Counted from the stretch's first letter, positions 38,831-48,785 are shown. The stretch is 53,556 bases of DNA from Candidatus Firestoneibacteriota bacterium (GCA_043822305.1 JBDRBU010000123.1:1-53556), one strand, 5' to 3'. The notes: generated from the sequence alone by a model not told the origin. Translations and numbers: made by a program.

Positions 38831-39574
38831 ATGCACCCAATACTTTTTAAAATAGGTCCTTTAACTATATATACCTATGGATTATTTGTGGCCATAGGAT
38901 TTGTAGCGGCAACATATATTTCTACTTATTATGCCAGAAAAGAGAATATTGACAAAGAAAAGATACTTGATTTAAGTATTTATATTTTTATTGGTAGTCT
39001 AGTTGGCGCAAGATTACTTTATGTGTTAGTCGAATTCAAACAATATATAGAAAGGCCTTTAGATATATTTAAAGTCTGGGAAGGTGGGTTAGTATTTTAT
39101 GGAGGACTTATAGGTGGACTAATAATTTTTTTCTGGTATGTAAAGAAGTATAATTTTAAAGTATGGAAAATTATAGATATATTTACCCTGGGTCTTGTCT
39201 TAGGCCAGGGTATTGGAAGGATAGGGTGTTTTTTTAGCGGGTGCTGCTATGGAATAAAAAGTAACAAGTTTGGTGTTATTTTTAGTAACTTAAAAGATGA
39301 AATTCCCCATATCCCAACACAAATCATAGAGTCCATAGGGCTATTTATAATATTTACTATATTAATAAATACAAAGAAAAAACTTGATGGTGAAATTTTC
39401 ATAAAATACATCTTTTATTATGGAAGTTTTAGATTTTTAATAGAGTTCATAAGGGGCGATAGTCGGGGTCCATTACTTTTTTCTTTAATTTCAATATCTC
39501 AATTTGTTAGTATTGTTTTAATAATAATTGCTATATTCTTATTTAAAAAGTTAAAAGAAAAAAGTGGAAATTAA
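38831..39574 (+). CDS. lgt: Prolipoprotein diacylglyceryl transferase
   Basis: GARLLYV, GGLVFYGG, GRIGCF, PTQ, RFLIEFIRGD. Confidence 0.95.
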   Translation: MHPILFKIGPLTIYTYGLFVAIGFVAATYISTYYARKENIDKEKILDLSIYIFIGSLVGARLLYVLVEFKQYIERPLDIFKVWEGGLVFYGGLIGGLIIFFWYVKKYNFKVWKIIDIFTLGLVLGQGIGRIGCFFSGCCYGIKSNKFGVIFSNLKDEIPHIPTQIIESIGLFIIFTILINTKKKLDGEIFIKYIFYYGSFRFLIEFIRGDSRGPLLFSLISISQFVSIVLIIIAIFLFKKLKEKSGN

Positions 39575-40466
39575 AGTTTTTAATGTAAAAAACAATATAA
39601 ATGAAAGAATAGATGTTTATGTTTCAAAAGAGTTAAATATAAGCAGGTCATTGATCCAAAGGTATATTAAAGAAGGGAATATATCTGTTAATAGCAAGAT
39701 AGTAAAATCTGCTTATAAAATTAAAACAAGCGATAAGATAGAAGTTGAAATTCCAAAACCTCGAAAGATAAATGTTTTACCTGAAAAAATTTCTATTGGT
39801 ATTTTATATGAAGATAATGATATAATAGTCGTAAATAAATCGGCCGGGATGATTGTTCATCCATCTGGTACTTGTGGTTATTCAGGTACTTTGGTTAATG
39901 CTTTACTTTATCATTGCAAAAATTTATCTGGAATAGGAGGTTTTTTAAGACCGGGGATAGTTCATAGGTTAGACAAAGACACATCTGGAATATTAGTTGT
40001 AGCCAAAACTGATAAAGCGCATCAAAATTTATCTAAACAATTTGAAGAAAGGAAAGTTTTAAAGAAATATTTAGTGTTGGTTCATGGAACTTTTAAAGAG
40101 GGGGCTGGCGAGATTAAGGTTCCTCTAGGAAGAAGTATAAGAAATAGAAAAAAGATCGGAATTTCAAGTAAAAAGAAAAGGGAAGCAATTACATATTTTA
40201 AAGTTTTGGAAAGATTTAAAAATGCAACTTTATTAGAAGTTACTCCAAAGACAGGCAGAACTCATCAAATCAGAGTGCATCTTTTATTCTTGGGTCATCC
40301 TGTCATCGGAGATAGTTTATATGGCCGGAAAGACAAAATAATTAACCGACAAGCGTTGCATTGCTGTTTGCTTGGTTTTACTCATCCAAGGACTAGGAAA
40401 TATGTAGAATTTATTTCCGCTGTTCCACAGGATATTAAATTGGCTATTGAGGGGCTAAAAAAATGA
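39564..40466 (+). CDS. rluD: RluA/RluD-family 23S rRNA pseudouridine synthase
   Basis: S4 domain, GIVHRLDKDTSG, TGRTHQIRVH. Confidence 0.9.
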   Translation: MEIKVFNVKNNINERIDVYVSKELNISRSLIQRYIKEGNISVNSKIVKSAYKIKTSDKIEVEIPKPRKINVLPEKISIGILYEDNDIIVVNKSAGMIVHPSGTCGYSGTLVNALLYHCKNLSGIGGFLRPGIVHRLDKDTSGILVVAKTDKAHQNLSKQFEERKVLKKYLVLVHGTFKEGAGEIKVPLGRSIRNRKKIGISSKKKREAITYFKVLERFKNATLLEVTPKTGRTHQIRVHLLFLGHPVIGDSLYGRKDKIINRQALHCCLLGFTHPRTRKYVEFISAVPQDIKLAIEGLKK

Positions 40467-43400
40467 AAAAAAATATGCATGGTTTCTGGTTTTTAATTCT
40501 TAGTGCTGTTATTTTAAATTCTTCTCCAGTCTATTCAAAAGCTTTGCTTCAAGCGAAAGTATCTGCTGCTTCAATATTTATTGGAGAAACTTCTATAATT
40601 ACTGTTTTTGTCACAGACGAGAAAAGATATGCTTTAGAAGGGATAAAAGTAAAATTTTCTATGGCCGCTGGAGTTGGTGAAATAACACCGAGTGAGGGTG
40701 TAAGTGATAGTTCCGGAAAGGCACAAGCAACATTTACAACTGGTAAAAATGCCGGGACAAATGCTGTTAAAATAGAATCTCTGGGTGCTTCTCCTATATA
40801 TGTTAATATAGAAAGCAAGATTCCTTTTCCTGCTGAATTTTCAGCTAAAATTGCCCCGGACAAAGTTTATATAACCCAAACGGCTAAAGTAGAAGTTCTG
40901 GTTAAAGATTCTAGAGGAAAACCATTCGAGAATGTTTTAGTAAATTTTACTGTTTCTGATTTAATAAAAGTGAATCGTAAATCAGATAAAACTAATGCAG
41001 ATGGAAAAGTAGAAATAACTATTACAGCAGGCAAACAAAGTGGGAGCACTAAATTAGAAATAAAAGTTGGAGATCTGGACTCTCAGTCTGTAGATATTGA
41101 GGTTCTTGATCCTACTATAAAAGATGTTGTTGTTACTGCAACTCCAAAAAAGATTAATCTTAAAGGCAAATCAACTGTAAAAGTAAAAGTTACAGATAAT
41201 TTTGGCTCTCCTGTAAAAGATGCTAAGATAACCTTTGAAGTTGAAGAAAAAGATGTTACTTTAAGTGCTACGCAAGGGGTAACAGATGAGAATGGAGAAT
41301 GTGTTTCAATACTTAAACCAGGCAAAACAGAAGGAACTGCAACTGTAAATGTAAAAGCTAACGATTCTTCACATGTAAAAGTAGATATTGAAATTAATAA
41401 TGTAGTTTTACCCCCGTCTAATGTATCAGCTACTTTTAGTCCTTCTTTTGTACTTCCAGGAGATGATACAACTGTTACAGCAATAGTAACTGATAGTGAA
41501 AAGACCTTATTAGACGGAGTTACTGTTTATTTTGATTTAATTAGTGGGGGAGGGAAATTACTTTCTTATTCTGCTGTTTCAAAATCAGGAAAGTCATCAG
41601 TTGTTTTAACAACAGGACAAAAAAGTGGGGGAAATACAGTAAGGATTAGAGTTACTGATTTAAACCCTATAGAATCAAGTATAACAACAGAAGGAGAAAT
41701 TAAATATAAAAGAATAGAAACAGGAGCACCAACAAAAATTATTGAATGTACAAATCCTAAGGGATTAACAATAGGAGATTCTTGTAAAATTTCTACTATG
41801 GTTGTAGACGACAATTATTTACCAGTACCTAAAGTAAAAGTAATCTTTAAAATAGTTAAAGGGACAGGAAATTTATCTAATGAAGAAATTACCACAGATG
41901 AAAATGGAGAGGGCTTTGTTTATTTAACTTCCAAAGAAAGAGGAAGTATAGATGTAACAATCAGCAGTTTAAATCTTCCACCTGTTTTAGTAAGAGTAAA
42001 TTGTGAATACCCGATAAAATATCTTTTAATGATTATAATACTTTTACCTGTGGTTTTATTTGTAATTTATATTTTTAACAAATGTAAAGCAAAAAAATTA
42101 ACAACAAGTCATCTAACAGGTTTTTATTCTGATTTATATATAAAACAAAAAATTAAAAATTGTATTAGAAATAAAAAAGAGTTCTCTGCAATATTTATAG
42201 ATTTAGATGATTTTAAGCACTTTAATATTGCTTATGGATATGAAAAAGGAGATGATGTTATTAAACTTGTTGCAAAGATTATAAAAAATTCAGTTTCTTC
42301 TTCTGATACAATAGGTCATTTTGGTGGAGATGATTTTGTTGTTATAACATCTTCTAAAAAAGCAAGAGATATAAGTAACAAAATTATAGAAAGTTACAAA
42401 GAAAATGGGAAAACAAAGGAACATCCATTAATGTCAATTTCTCTGGCAATTTTTAGTAGTATTGAATTTATACCATGGAATTATAATGAATTTCTTAATA
42501 TAAGTGGTAAATTGATGAAGTCTGCAAAAGCAAAGAAAGGTAATAAAATTTCTGATACTCTTGATGATGATTCTGAAAAGGGCAAAAAGCAATACAGAAT
42601 AGGATGGTTTACCATCGGAATAATTTTACTTGTCTTGTTATTTATAAATAAAGCAACCGCAGGAGATGTATCAGAGAATTTTATTTTGAAGGGTTCCGCA
42701 AATCCGGGGATAGTTTTAATAGAAGGTAAATCAAAGATTACAGCATATCTAACAGACAATAAGGACAGACCTATAAGTAATGCTCCTGTTTTATTTACAG
42801 TAGAAAAAGGTGAAGGAACTTTTTTAAAAAATTGGGGGATAACTGACAAGAATGGTCATTGTGATGCAACCTTTGTTAGTGGTAAGGGGATAAGAGATAA
42901 TGTAGTTAGAATATATTTTGGTAAAGTAAAACCTGTAGATATAAAAATAATGGGTGCAGTATTTGATACCACAGGTTTCTTTATTGTTGTATTGTCTTTA
43001 GGATTAAGTGTACTTTTGCTAATTAAAATTTTAAAAATTGGAAATTTGTTAATAGATCCAGATGTGAAATTCAAAACAAGACCTCTTGCCGAAAAAACAT
43101 TAAAAGATTTAATTTTTTCAGGAACTAAATTTTTTGTTGTTTTCGTAGAGTATAAAGATTTCTCTAAGTTTGATGATGAATATGGTTTTAAGCATGGAGA
43201 AGAAGCAGTGAAAGTTTTAGCAAAGCAGATAAGATATGTGGTAAAACAATATACAGGAAAAGAAGGTACTGCTTTTTATTACGGTGTAGACAGATTTGTG
43301 ATAGTTTCTATGTCTGGAGATCCGAAATGTATTTCAGAAAATCTTATAAAAGAGATGAAAATACATATTCCGAATTTATGTGAAGATAAAAAAATCAAAT

Positions 43401-43558
43401 TCTCTATAACTACTAATTATTATCTGTTAGATCTTTCTATAGGTATTGTAACCTGTAATCCACCGGAAACAAAAAGTTTAGAAGAAATAATGCAAAAAGC
43501 AGGAAAATTGATTAAGGAAGTGAAATCTAAACCAGGGAGTGCTTGTTTAATAGATTAA
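40463..43558 (+). CDS. Membrane protein: signal peptide, ~5 invasin-type Ig (Big_1) domains, TM, GGDEF (GGDDF), TM, Big_1, TM, degenerate GGDEF
   Basis: Repeated V.V.D..G.P.....V.F...TD.NG modules. FIDLDDFKHFN...GHFGGDDF. Second domain FVEYKDF...YGVDRF. Confidence 0.85.
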   Translation: MKKNMHGFWFLILSAVILNSSPVYSKALLQAKVSAASIFIGETSIITVFVTDEKRYALEGIKVKFSMAAGVGEITPSEGVSDSSGKAQATFTTGKNAGTNAVKIESLGASPIYVNIESKIPFPAEFSAKIAPDKVYITQTAKVEVLVKDSRGKPFENVLVNFTVSDLIKVNRKSDKTNADGKVEITITAGKQSGSTKLEIKVGDLDSQSVDIEVLDPTIKDVVVTATPKKINLKGKSTVKVKVTDNFGSPVKDAKITFEVEEKDVTLSATQGVTDENGECVSILKPGKTEGTATVNVKANDSSHVKVDIEINNVVLPPSNVSATFSPSFVLPGDDTTVTAIVTDSEKTLLDGVTVYFDLISGGGKLLSYSAVSKSGKSSVVLTTGQKSGGNTVRIRVTDLNPIESSITTEGEIKYKRIETGAPTKIIECTNPKGLTIGDSCKISTMVVDDNYLPVPKVKVIFKIVKGTGNLSNEEITTDENGEGFVYLTSKERGSIDVTISSLNLPPVLVRVNCEYPIKYLLMIIILLPVVLFVIYIFNKCKAKKLTTSHLTGFYSDLYIKQKIKNCIRNKKEFSAIFIDLDDFKHFNIAYGYEKGDDVIKLVAKIIKNSVSSSDTIGHFGGDDFVVITSSKKARDISNKIIESYKENGKTKEHPLMSISLAIFSSIEFIPWNYNEFLNISGKLMKSAKAKKGNKISDTLDDDSEKGKKQYRIGWFTIGIILLVLLFINKATAGDVSENFILKGSANPGIVLIEGKSKITAYLTDNKDRPISNAPVLFTVEKGEGTFLKNWGITDKNGHCDATFVSGKGIRDNVVRIYFGKVKPVDIKIMGAVFDTTGFFIVVLSLGLSVLLLIKILKIGNLLIDPDVKFKTRPLAEKTLKDLIFSGTKFFVVFVEYKDFSKFDDEYGFKHGEEAVKVLAKQIRYVVKQYTGKEGTAFYYGVDRFVIVSMSGDPKCISENLIKEMKIHIPNLCEDKKIKFSITTNYYLLDLSIGIVTCNPPETKSLEEIMQKAGKLIKEVKSKPGSACLID

Positions 43559-43562
43559 ATTT

Positions 43563-46500
43563 ATGAAAAATAATTTAATATGCACTATAACTATATTTTT
43601 AGTTATTTTTAGTTGTCAAAGTATATTTGCTGAATCCAGTATTCAAGCAGTAGCATCTCCATCTTCTGTAATTGCTGGTGAAGAAGCAAAAATCACTGTG
43701 TATACATTAGATAAAAAAGGTGTTACAACAAGAGGTATTAAAGTAAATCTTTCTGTTATAATGGGAGGGGGAAAAATAACACCAACTGAAGATATTAGTG
43801 ATACTTCAGGAAGTATAAAGGCAATTTTAAAAACAGGGCCAATTCCCGGGATTAATGAGGTTAAAATAGAATCTCCGGGATTACCTACTATTTATGTAAA
43901 TGTAGAAGGAAAACCTTCTCCGCCAACGGAATTTTCCATTAAATTAGAACCAGACAAGATTTATATAGGACAAAGTGCTACTTTACTAATTGAAGTAAAA
44001 AATGGTCAGGGAAATCCTGCTAAGAGTGCACAAGTTAAATTTACTCCTGGTGATTTAATAACAATAAATCCAAGTTCAATCAAGACAGATGATTCTGGGA
44101 AAGTAAAGGTAACTGTCTTAGCCGGGAAACAAATCGGTACTACTAAAATAGATGTACAAGTAGAAAATCTTGAGAGTAAAAGTGTGGATTTCGAAATACT
44201 TGTTCCTACGGCCAAAAATATACTAACATCCGCTACACCGGATACAATTTATATTAGAAGTAAATCAACTATAAAAGCAAAGATGATAGATACAATTGGA
44301 TCTCCTATGCCGGATATAAAAATTGATTTTGTGATAGAAAGTGGGGATGCCAGTTTAAATATTACCCAAGGTGTAACAGATAGTAAGGGAGAAATTACGG
44401 CAATATTAACAAGTGGTTCTACGGCAGAAACTGTTGTGGTTAAAGTTATCGCTAAAGATTTTACACCTGTTGAAGTTAAAATCATTGTTAACGCTTCTAC
44501 TTTGCCTCCGGCTCATTTGTCTGCGGTTTTTGCTTATCAAAATATTGCGACTAATGATGATGTGACGCTTACAGCAACAGTAACCGATAAAGAAGGTAGA
44601 CTAATAACTGGAGCTACTGTGTATTTTGAAGTTACCCGTGGTGGAGGAAGGCTGCTTTCTAAATCGTCTGTGGCCGAGGCAGGAAAAGTTTCCACTATTT
44701 TAACTACAGGAGAAAAGGCCGGAAAAAATACGGTTAAAGTTAGTTGTGGAAATCTAAAACCCATAGAAGTAAGTGTAATGACCGAGGGTCAAATTCAATA
44801 TGTAAGGGAGAAGGCAGATACTCCATCAAAACTTTACGGCTATGCATATCCTAATAATTCGGTGGTGAATCTTCCCTCTAAAATTTATGCTCTAATTACA
44901 GATGATAATTATTTGCCGGTGCCCAAATCAAAAGTTAATTTTAAAATAATAAAAGGAGAAGGAACTCTTTCTAAGGCAGATATTTTAACAGATGAAAATG
45001 GGGAAGCATTTGTATATTTAACTTCTCAAAGAAGAGGAGAAGTAGAGATAAAGATAACTGCTTCTTTAATCTCTTTATCAAGAGGGGTGGTTGTAAGTTA
45101 CGATTATCCAATCTGGTATTTAATAATTTTTATAACATTGATCTTTGTGTTTTTGTTTGGATTGTATATCTTAAGAAAAAACAAAATAAAAAGCAAGAAT
45201 TTAAGCCCTCTTACAAATTTACCTTCAGACATATACCTAAAATACAAAGTAAATAATTTTATAAAAAACAAAAAGAGGTTTTCGGCGATATTTATAGATA
45301 TTGATGATTTTAAACATTATAATTTATCATATGGATTTGAAAAAGGTGATACAGTTATAAAATCTTTTGCGAAAATGCTTTCAGAAAATGCCTCTTCTTC
45401 TGATATACTTGTTCATCTGGGTGGAGATGATTTTGTCATTATAACAAATCCTAAAAAAGTAGAAAGTCTAACCAAAAAAATACTACATCAGTTTGAGGAG
45501 AAAATAAAGACTTTTTACTCCGAACAAGATAAAAACAAAGGATTTACTACGGTGAAAAACGAGGATGGTGCTTTATTTAATTATCCACTAATAACTATTT
45601 CATTAGGAATCTTAAATAGCGAAAAATTTACCTTAACTAACTATAATGAATTTTTAGATATTGCTGGAAAACTAATGAAATCAGCAAAGAGCAAGGAAGG
45701 AAATGCTTGTTCGGATACTCTTGATGATGATTCAGAAAGAGATTCTAAAGAATACAGGATAGGCTGGTGGACAATAGGGGCTTTACTTTTAAGTTTAATA
45801 TTTAGCCCTAAGGTTTTTAGTGCCATAGATCAATCTAAAAATTTAAGTGGTTGGACGGAACCACAAATAGTGGGTGCAGGAGAAAAAGTAAAAATTACCG
45901 CACATCTTTCTGATGCTAAAGATAGACCCGTGAATAATGCATATGTGTTATTTACTATTGAGGAAGGTGACGGGAGCTTGTCAAATGGTTTTTGTGTAAC
46001 AAAGCAGGATGGAAATTGTAGTGTTGAGTTTATAACCGGAATAAAAAGAGGAGTAAATATAGTTAAATTATCATGCGGTAAAGCCGTGCCTTACAAACTA
46101 AAGATAACAGGAAGGATAAATAGTTTAGAAGTACTAACATATTTTGTTGTTGTTGTCTTTGCAGGATTTTCAATTCTTCTGCTGATAAGAATTTTAAATA
46201 TGAAGTTTCTTTTAAAAGGTATAGACAAAGATGTTGGTTCTAAAACAAGACCATCCGGGGAAAGAATGATTAAAAGTTTGATTTCTTCAGGTACTGAATT
46301 TTCTGCTATTTTTATAGAATATAGAAAATTTTCAGAGTTCAGTCGTGAACATGGATTTGAACAAGGGGAAAAAGCAATTAGAACATTAGCCGAGCAGATA
46401 AAATCAGCCATAAAAGAATATGGAAATAAATGGGATGCTGTTTTTTATTATGGCGAAGATAGATTCATGGTAATTTCCAGAGGAAAGGCTGAAAGTATGG

Positions 46501-46706
46501 CTAAAAATCTTATAGAAGAAATGGAGATACATATACCCATACTTTGTGAGGACAAGAACACTAATTATTATTTATTACATTTGTCTCTAGGTATTGTTCT
46601 TTGTCAGATTGGAAAGATAAAAAATCTGGGAGAAATAATGCAAAAAGGAGGAAAATTAATTAATGAGGTGAAGTCTAAACCAGGAAGTGATTATTTAATA
46701 AATTAA
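43563..46706 (+). CDS. Tandem paralog of 40463 with the same Ig/GGDEF/Ig/degenerate GGDEF architecture
   Basis: Colinear motifs (DDNYLPVPK, TDENGE.FVYLTS, SDTLDDDSE, VKSKPGS). VHLGGDDF and YGEDRF. Confidence 0.85.
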   Translation: MKNNLICTITIFLVIFSCQSIFAESSIQAVASPSSVIAGEEAKITVYTLDKKGVTTRGIKVNLSVIMGGGKITPTEDISDTSGSIKAILKTGPIPGINEVKIESPGLPTIYVNVEGKPSPPTEFSIKLEPDKIYIGQSATLLIEVKNGQGNPAKSAQVKFTPGDLITINPSSIKTDDSGKVKVTVLAGKQIGTTKIDVQVENLESKSVDFEILVPTAKNILTSATPDTIYIRSKSTIKAKMIDTIGSPMPDIKIDFVIESGDASLNITQGVTDSKGEITAILTSGSTAETVVVKVIAKDFTPVEVKIIVNASTLPPAHLSAVFAYQNIATNDDVTLTATVTDKEGRLITGATVYFEVTRGGGRLLSKSSVAEAGKVSTILTTGEKAGKNTVKVSCGNLKPIEVSVMTEGQIQYVREKADTPSKLYGYAYPNNSVVNLPSKIYALITDDNYLPVPKSKVNFKIIKGEGTLSKADILTDENGEAFVYLTSQRRGEVEIKITASLISLSRGVVVSYDYPIWYLIIFITLIFVFLFGLYILRKNKIKSKNLSPLTNLPSDIYLKYKVNNFIKNKKRFSAIFIDIDDFKHYNLSYGFEKGDTVIKSFAKMLSENASSSDILVHLGGDDFVIITNPKKVESLTKKILHQFEEKIKTFYSEQDKNKGFTTVKNEDGALFNYPLITISLGILNSEKFTLTNYNEFLDIAGKLMKSAKSKEGNACSDTLDDDSERDSKEYRIGWWTIGALLLSLIFSPKVFSAIDQSKNLSGWTEPQIVGAGEKVKITAHLSDAKDRPVNNAYVLFTIEEGDGSLSNGFCVTKQDGNCSVEFITGIKRGVNIVKLSCGKAVPYKLKITGRINSLEVLTYFVVVVFAGFSILLLIRILNMKFLLKGIDKDVGSKTRPSGERMIKSLISSGTEFSAIFIEYRKFSEFSREHGFEQGEKAIRTLAEQIKSAIKEYGNKWDAVFYYGEDRFMVISRGKAESMAKNLIEEMEIHIPILCEDKNTNYYLLHLSLGIVLCQIGKIKNLGEIMQKGGKLINEVKSKPGSDYLIN

Positions 46707-46720
46707 AAAAAGGAGGGTGT

Positions 46721-47344
46721 ATGAATTTACAGGAAATTGCAGATAATGTAATAAAAGGACAAGCACCAAAAGTAAAAGAGCTTGTTCAAGAGGCCATAAA
46801 TGAAAAAATACCAGTAAAAGATATTCTTGAAAAAGGGCTTATAGGAGGAATGAGTGTTATTGGAGAAAGATTTAAAAAGAACGAAGTATATGTTCCGGAA
46901 GTTTTAATTGCCGCCAGAGCCATGAAATCAGGAATGGAACTCCTTAAACCGTTATTGGCTAAGGCAGATATTAAACCATTAGGTACTGTTGTGGTTGGAA
47001 CAGTAAAAGGAGATTTGCACGATATAGGAAAGAATCTTGTGGCGATGATGTTAGAAGGTGCTGGCTTTAAAGTAGTTGATGCTGGAATTGATGTTCCTGC
47101 AGAAAAGTTTATATTGCTAGCCAAAGAAAATAGTGCTAATATTATTGCTATGTCAGCACTTCTTACAACGACCATGGTTTCTATGAAGACGATTATAGAA
47201 GAGATGAAAAAAGTAGGTTTAATAGTCAAGGCTATGATCGGAGGAGCACCAGTAACTCAGTCATATGCAGATGAAATAGGAGCGGATGGATATGCTCCAG
47301 ACGCAGCTTCTGCTGTTGATAAAGCAAAAGAAATGATAAAATAA
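46721..47344 (+). CDS. Corrinoid (B12-binding) methyltransferase protein, MttC/MtbC/MetH-cap-like
   Basis: Cap domain (GERF...YVPEVL), GDLHDIGKN DxHxxG motif, SALLTTT, GGAP. Confidence 0.93.
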   Translation: MNLQEIADNVIKGQAPKVKELVQEAINEKIPVKDILEKGLIGGMSVIGERFKKNEVYVPEVLIAARAMKSGMELLKPLLAKADIKPLGTVVVGTVKGDLHDIGKNLVAMMLEGAGFKVVDAGIDVPAEKFILLAKENSANIIAMSALLTTTMVSMKTIIEEMKKVGLIVKAMIGGAPVTQSYADEIGADGYAPDAASAVDKAKEMIK

Positions 47345-47442
47345 TAATTATTATATCTTCCTTACTGGCAATTTTAATCAAATTGCTTTAAGGCAGAATC
47401 TGTGTAATGCAAATATTATGCACTGCTACTGCAAATTATCTA

Positions 47443-47471
47443 TTGACTAATATTTGTGAATATGGTAAGAT
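47443..47471 (+). promoter_or_regulatory. Sigma70 promoter of the AAA gene (probably leaderless transcript)
   Basis: TTGACT, 17 bp spacer, TAAGAT with TG. ATG 47478 lies 6 nt after the -10 box. Confidence 0.6.
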
Positions 47472-47547
47472 TTGCTTATGAAAGATAAGTATATTGCAAG
47501 AACAATAACAAAAGAATTAAAAGAAAACACAAGACAATTTCCCTGTT

Positions 47548-48669
47548 GTGGCGCTGACAGGGGCAAGGCAAACAGGTAAAACAACGCTTTTAAGGTATGT
47601 GTTTAAAGATGAATACGAATATTATGATTTGGATGATCTTGACTTGCAGGACAGGGCAAAACGAGATCCCAAGTTATTTATAAACGAATCTTCCGGAAAA
47701 ATAATAGTGGATGAGATCCAGTACGCTCCTGAATTGTTAAGATACATTAAAATGAAAGTTGATGAAAATCCAAGGTTAAAAGGTCGCTATATTCTTGCCG
47801 GATCGCAACAATTCTTGATGATGAAGAATTTGTCTGAAACACTTGCCGGAAGAGTAGGCATAATCAATTTATATCCGTTGTCAAAAAATGAGATTAATGA
47901 AAAAAATAGTATTAAAGATTCTTTTACCAAAGCATGCCTAAGAGGAACATATCCGGGACTTATAGTGGACAACAAAGTAAATTCGGAAAGATGGTACAAA
48001 AACTATATTCAGACATATATTGAGAGGGATGTAAAAATTCTTTATAATATAGGTGATTTGAGGTCATTTAATAATTTTATCACGATACTGTGCTCAAGGG
48101 TTGGACAACTTCTTAATATGAATTCAATATCCATCGAATTGGGTGTTGTCGTAAATACCATTAAGAGTTGGTTGTCCGTTTTAGTTGCGAGTAATATTGT
48201 CTACTTACTTTATCCGTATTATAAAAATATCGGGAAAAAACTTATTAAAGCCCCAAAAGTATATTTTACAGATAACGGTCTTGTATCTTTCGTAAATAAA
48301 ATAAATACAGTGAACAACTTGTTTTCAAACAGGCTTCTTGGCCCCCTGTTTGAGAATTATATTATAATTGAAATCTTGAAGTATTTTAGAAATAGAGGAA
48401 TAGACGCTGATCTGATGTTCTTTAGGGATCATTCAGGATTAGAAGTAGATATTATTATAAAAAATGGTAATAGATTGATACCTGTAGAGATAAAAGCTGG
48501 AATGTCTGCTGAATATAACATTGGCGGCAATATAGAAAAATTTGTATCTTTGTATAAAAAAGAAAATATCGGTATGGGATATCTGATAAATATGGGTCAT
48601 AAAGTTGAGCGTGTTTCAGAGCAAGTGAAGACCGCAATATCTTTTGATTTTCTTGGAACTGTGTATTGA
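47548..48669 (+). CDS. AAA+ ATPase with DUF4143-type C-terminal domain. The probable true start (ATG 47478) is out of frame because of one extra base near 47541-47544.
   Basis: GARQTGKTT, IVDEIQY, GSQQF, ETLAGR, KAPKVYFTD.GL, FEN, EVD..PVEIK. The upstream frame reads MKDKYIARTITKELKENTRQFP. Confidence 0.85.
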   Translation: MALTGARQTGKTTLLRYVFKDEYEYYDLDDLDLQDRAKRDPKLFINESSGKIIVDEIQYAPELLRYIKMKVDENPRLKGRYILAGSQQFLMMKNLSETLAGRVGIINLYPLSKNEINEKNSIKDSFTKACLRGTYPGLIVDNKVNSERWYKNYIQTYIERDVKILYNIGDLRSFNNFITILCSRVGQLLNMNSISIELGVVVNTIKSWLSVLVASNIVYLLYPYYKNIGKKLIKAPKVYFTDNGLVSFVNKINTVNNLFSNRLLGPLFENYIIIEILKYFRNRGIDADLMFFRDHSGLEVDIIIKNGNRLIPVEIKAGMSAEYNIGGNIEKFVSLYKKENIGMGYLINMGHKVERVSEQVKTAISFDFLGTVY

Positions 48670-48693
48670 GGTAGGGTATTTGTATCAAAACTT

Positions 48694-48778
48694 GCCGGGG
48701 TGGCGGAATTGGTAGACGCAAAGGACTTAAAATCCTTCCCGCCCTAGGCGGATGCCGGTTCAATTCCGGCCCCCGGCA
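48694..48778 (+). tRNA. tRNA-Leu (anticodon UAA), CCA not encoded
   Basis: Acceptor GCCGGGG/CCCCGGC-A, D-loop GGAATTGGTAGAC, anticodon arm AAGGA-CTTAAAA-TCCTT, long variable arm, T-loop GGTTCAATTCC. Confidence 0.97.
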
Positions 48779-48785
48779 TAATAAC

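Noticed and set aside
42190..42340. GGDDF domains as cGAMP-making (Hypr) GGDEFs
   Set aside because: Both paralogs keep the guanine-specifying Asp in N...KGD rather than the Ser of Hypr enzymes.
46707..46720. Cobalamin riboswitch before the corrinoid protein
   Set aside because: There are only 14 bp of intergenic space.
1316..47999. The many other short minus-strand and alternate-frame ORFs in the track
   Set aside because: All lie mostly within well-supported + strand genes and show no motifs of their own.
48455..48763. 102-aa minus-strand ORF
   Set aside because: It is antisense to tRNA-Leu and the AAA gene, so it is a shadow ORF.
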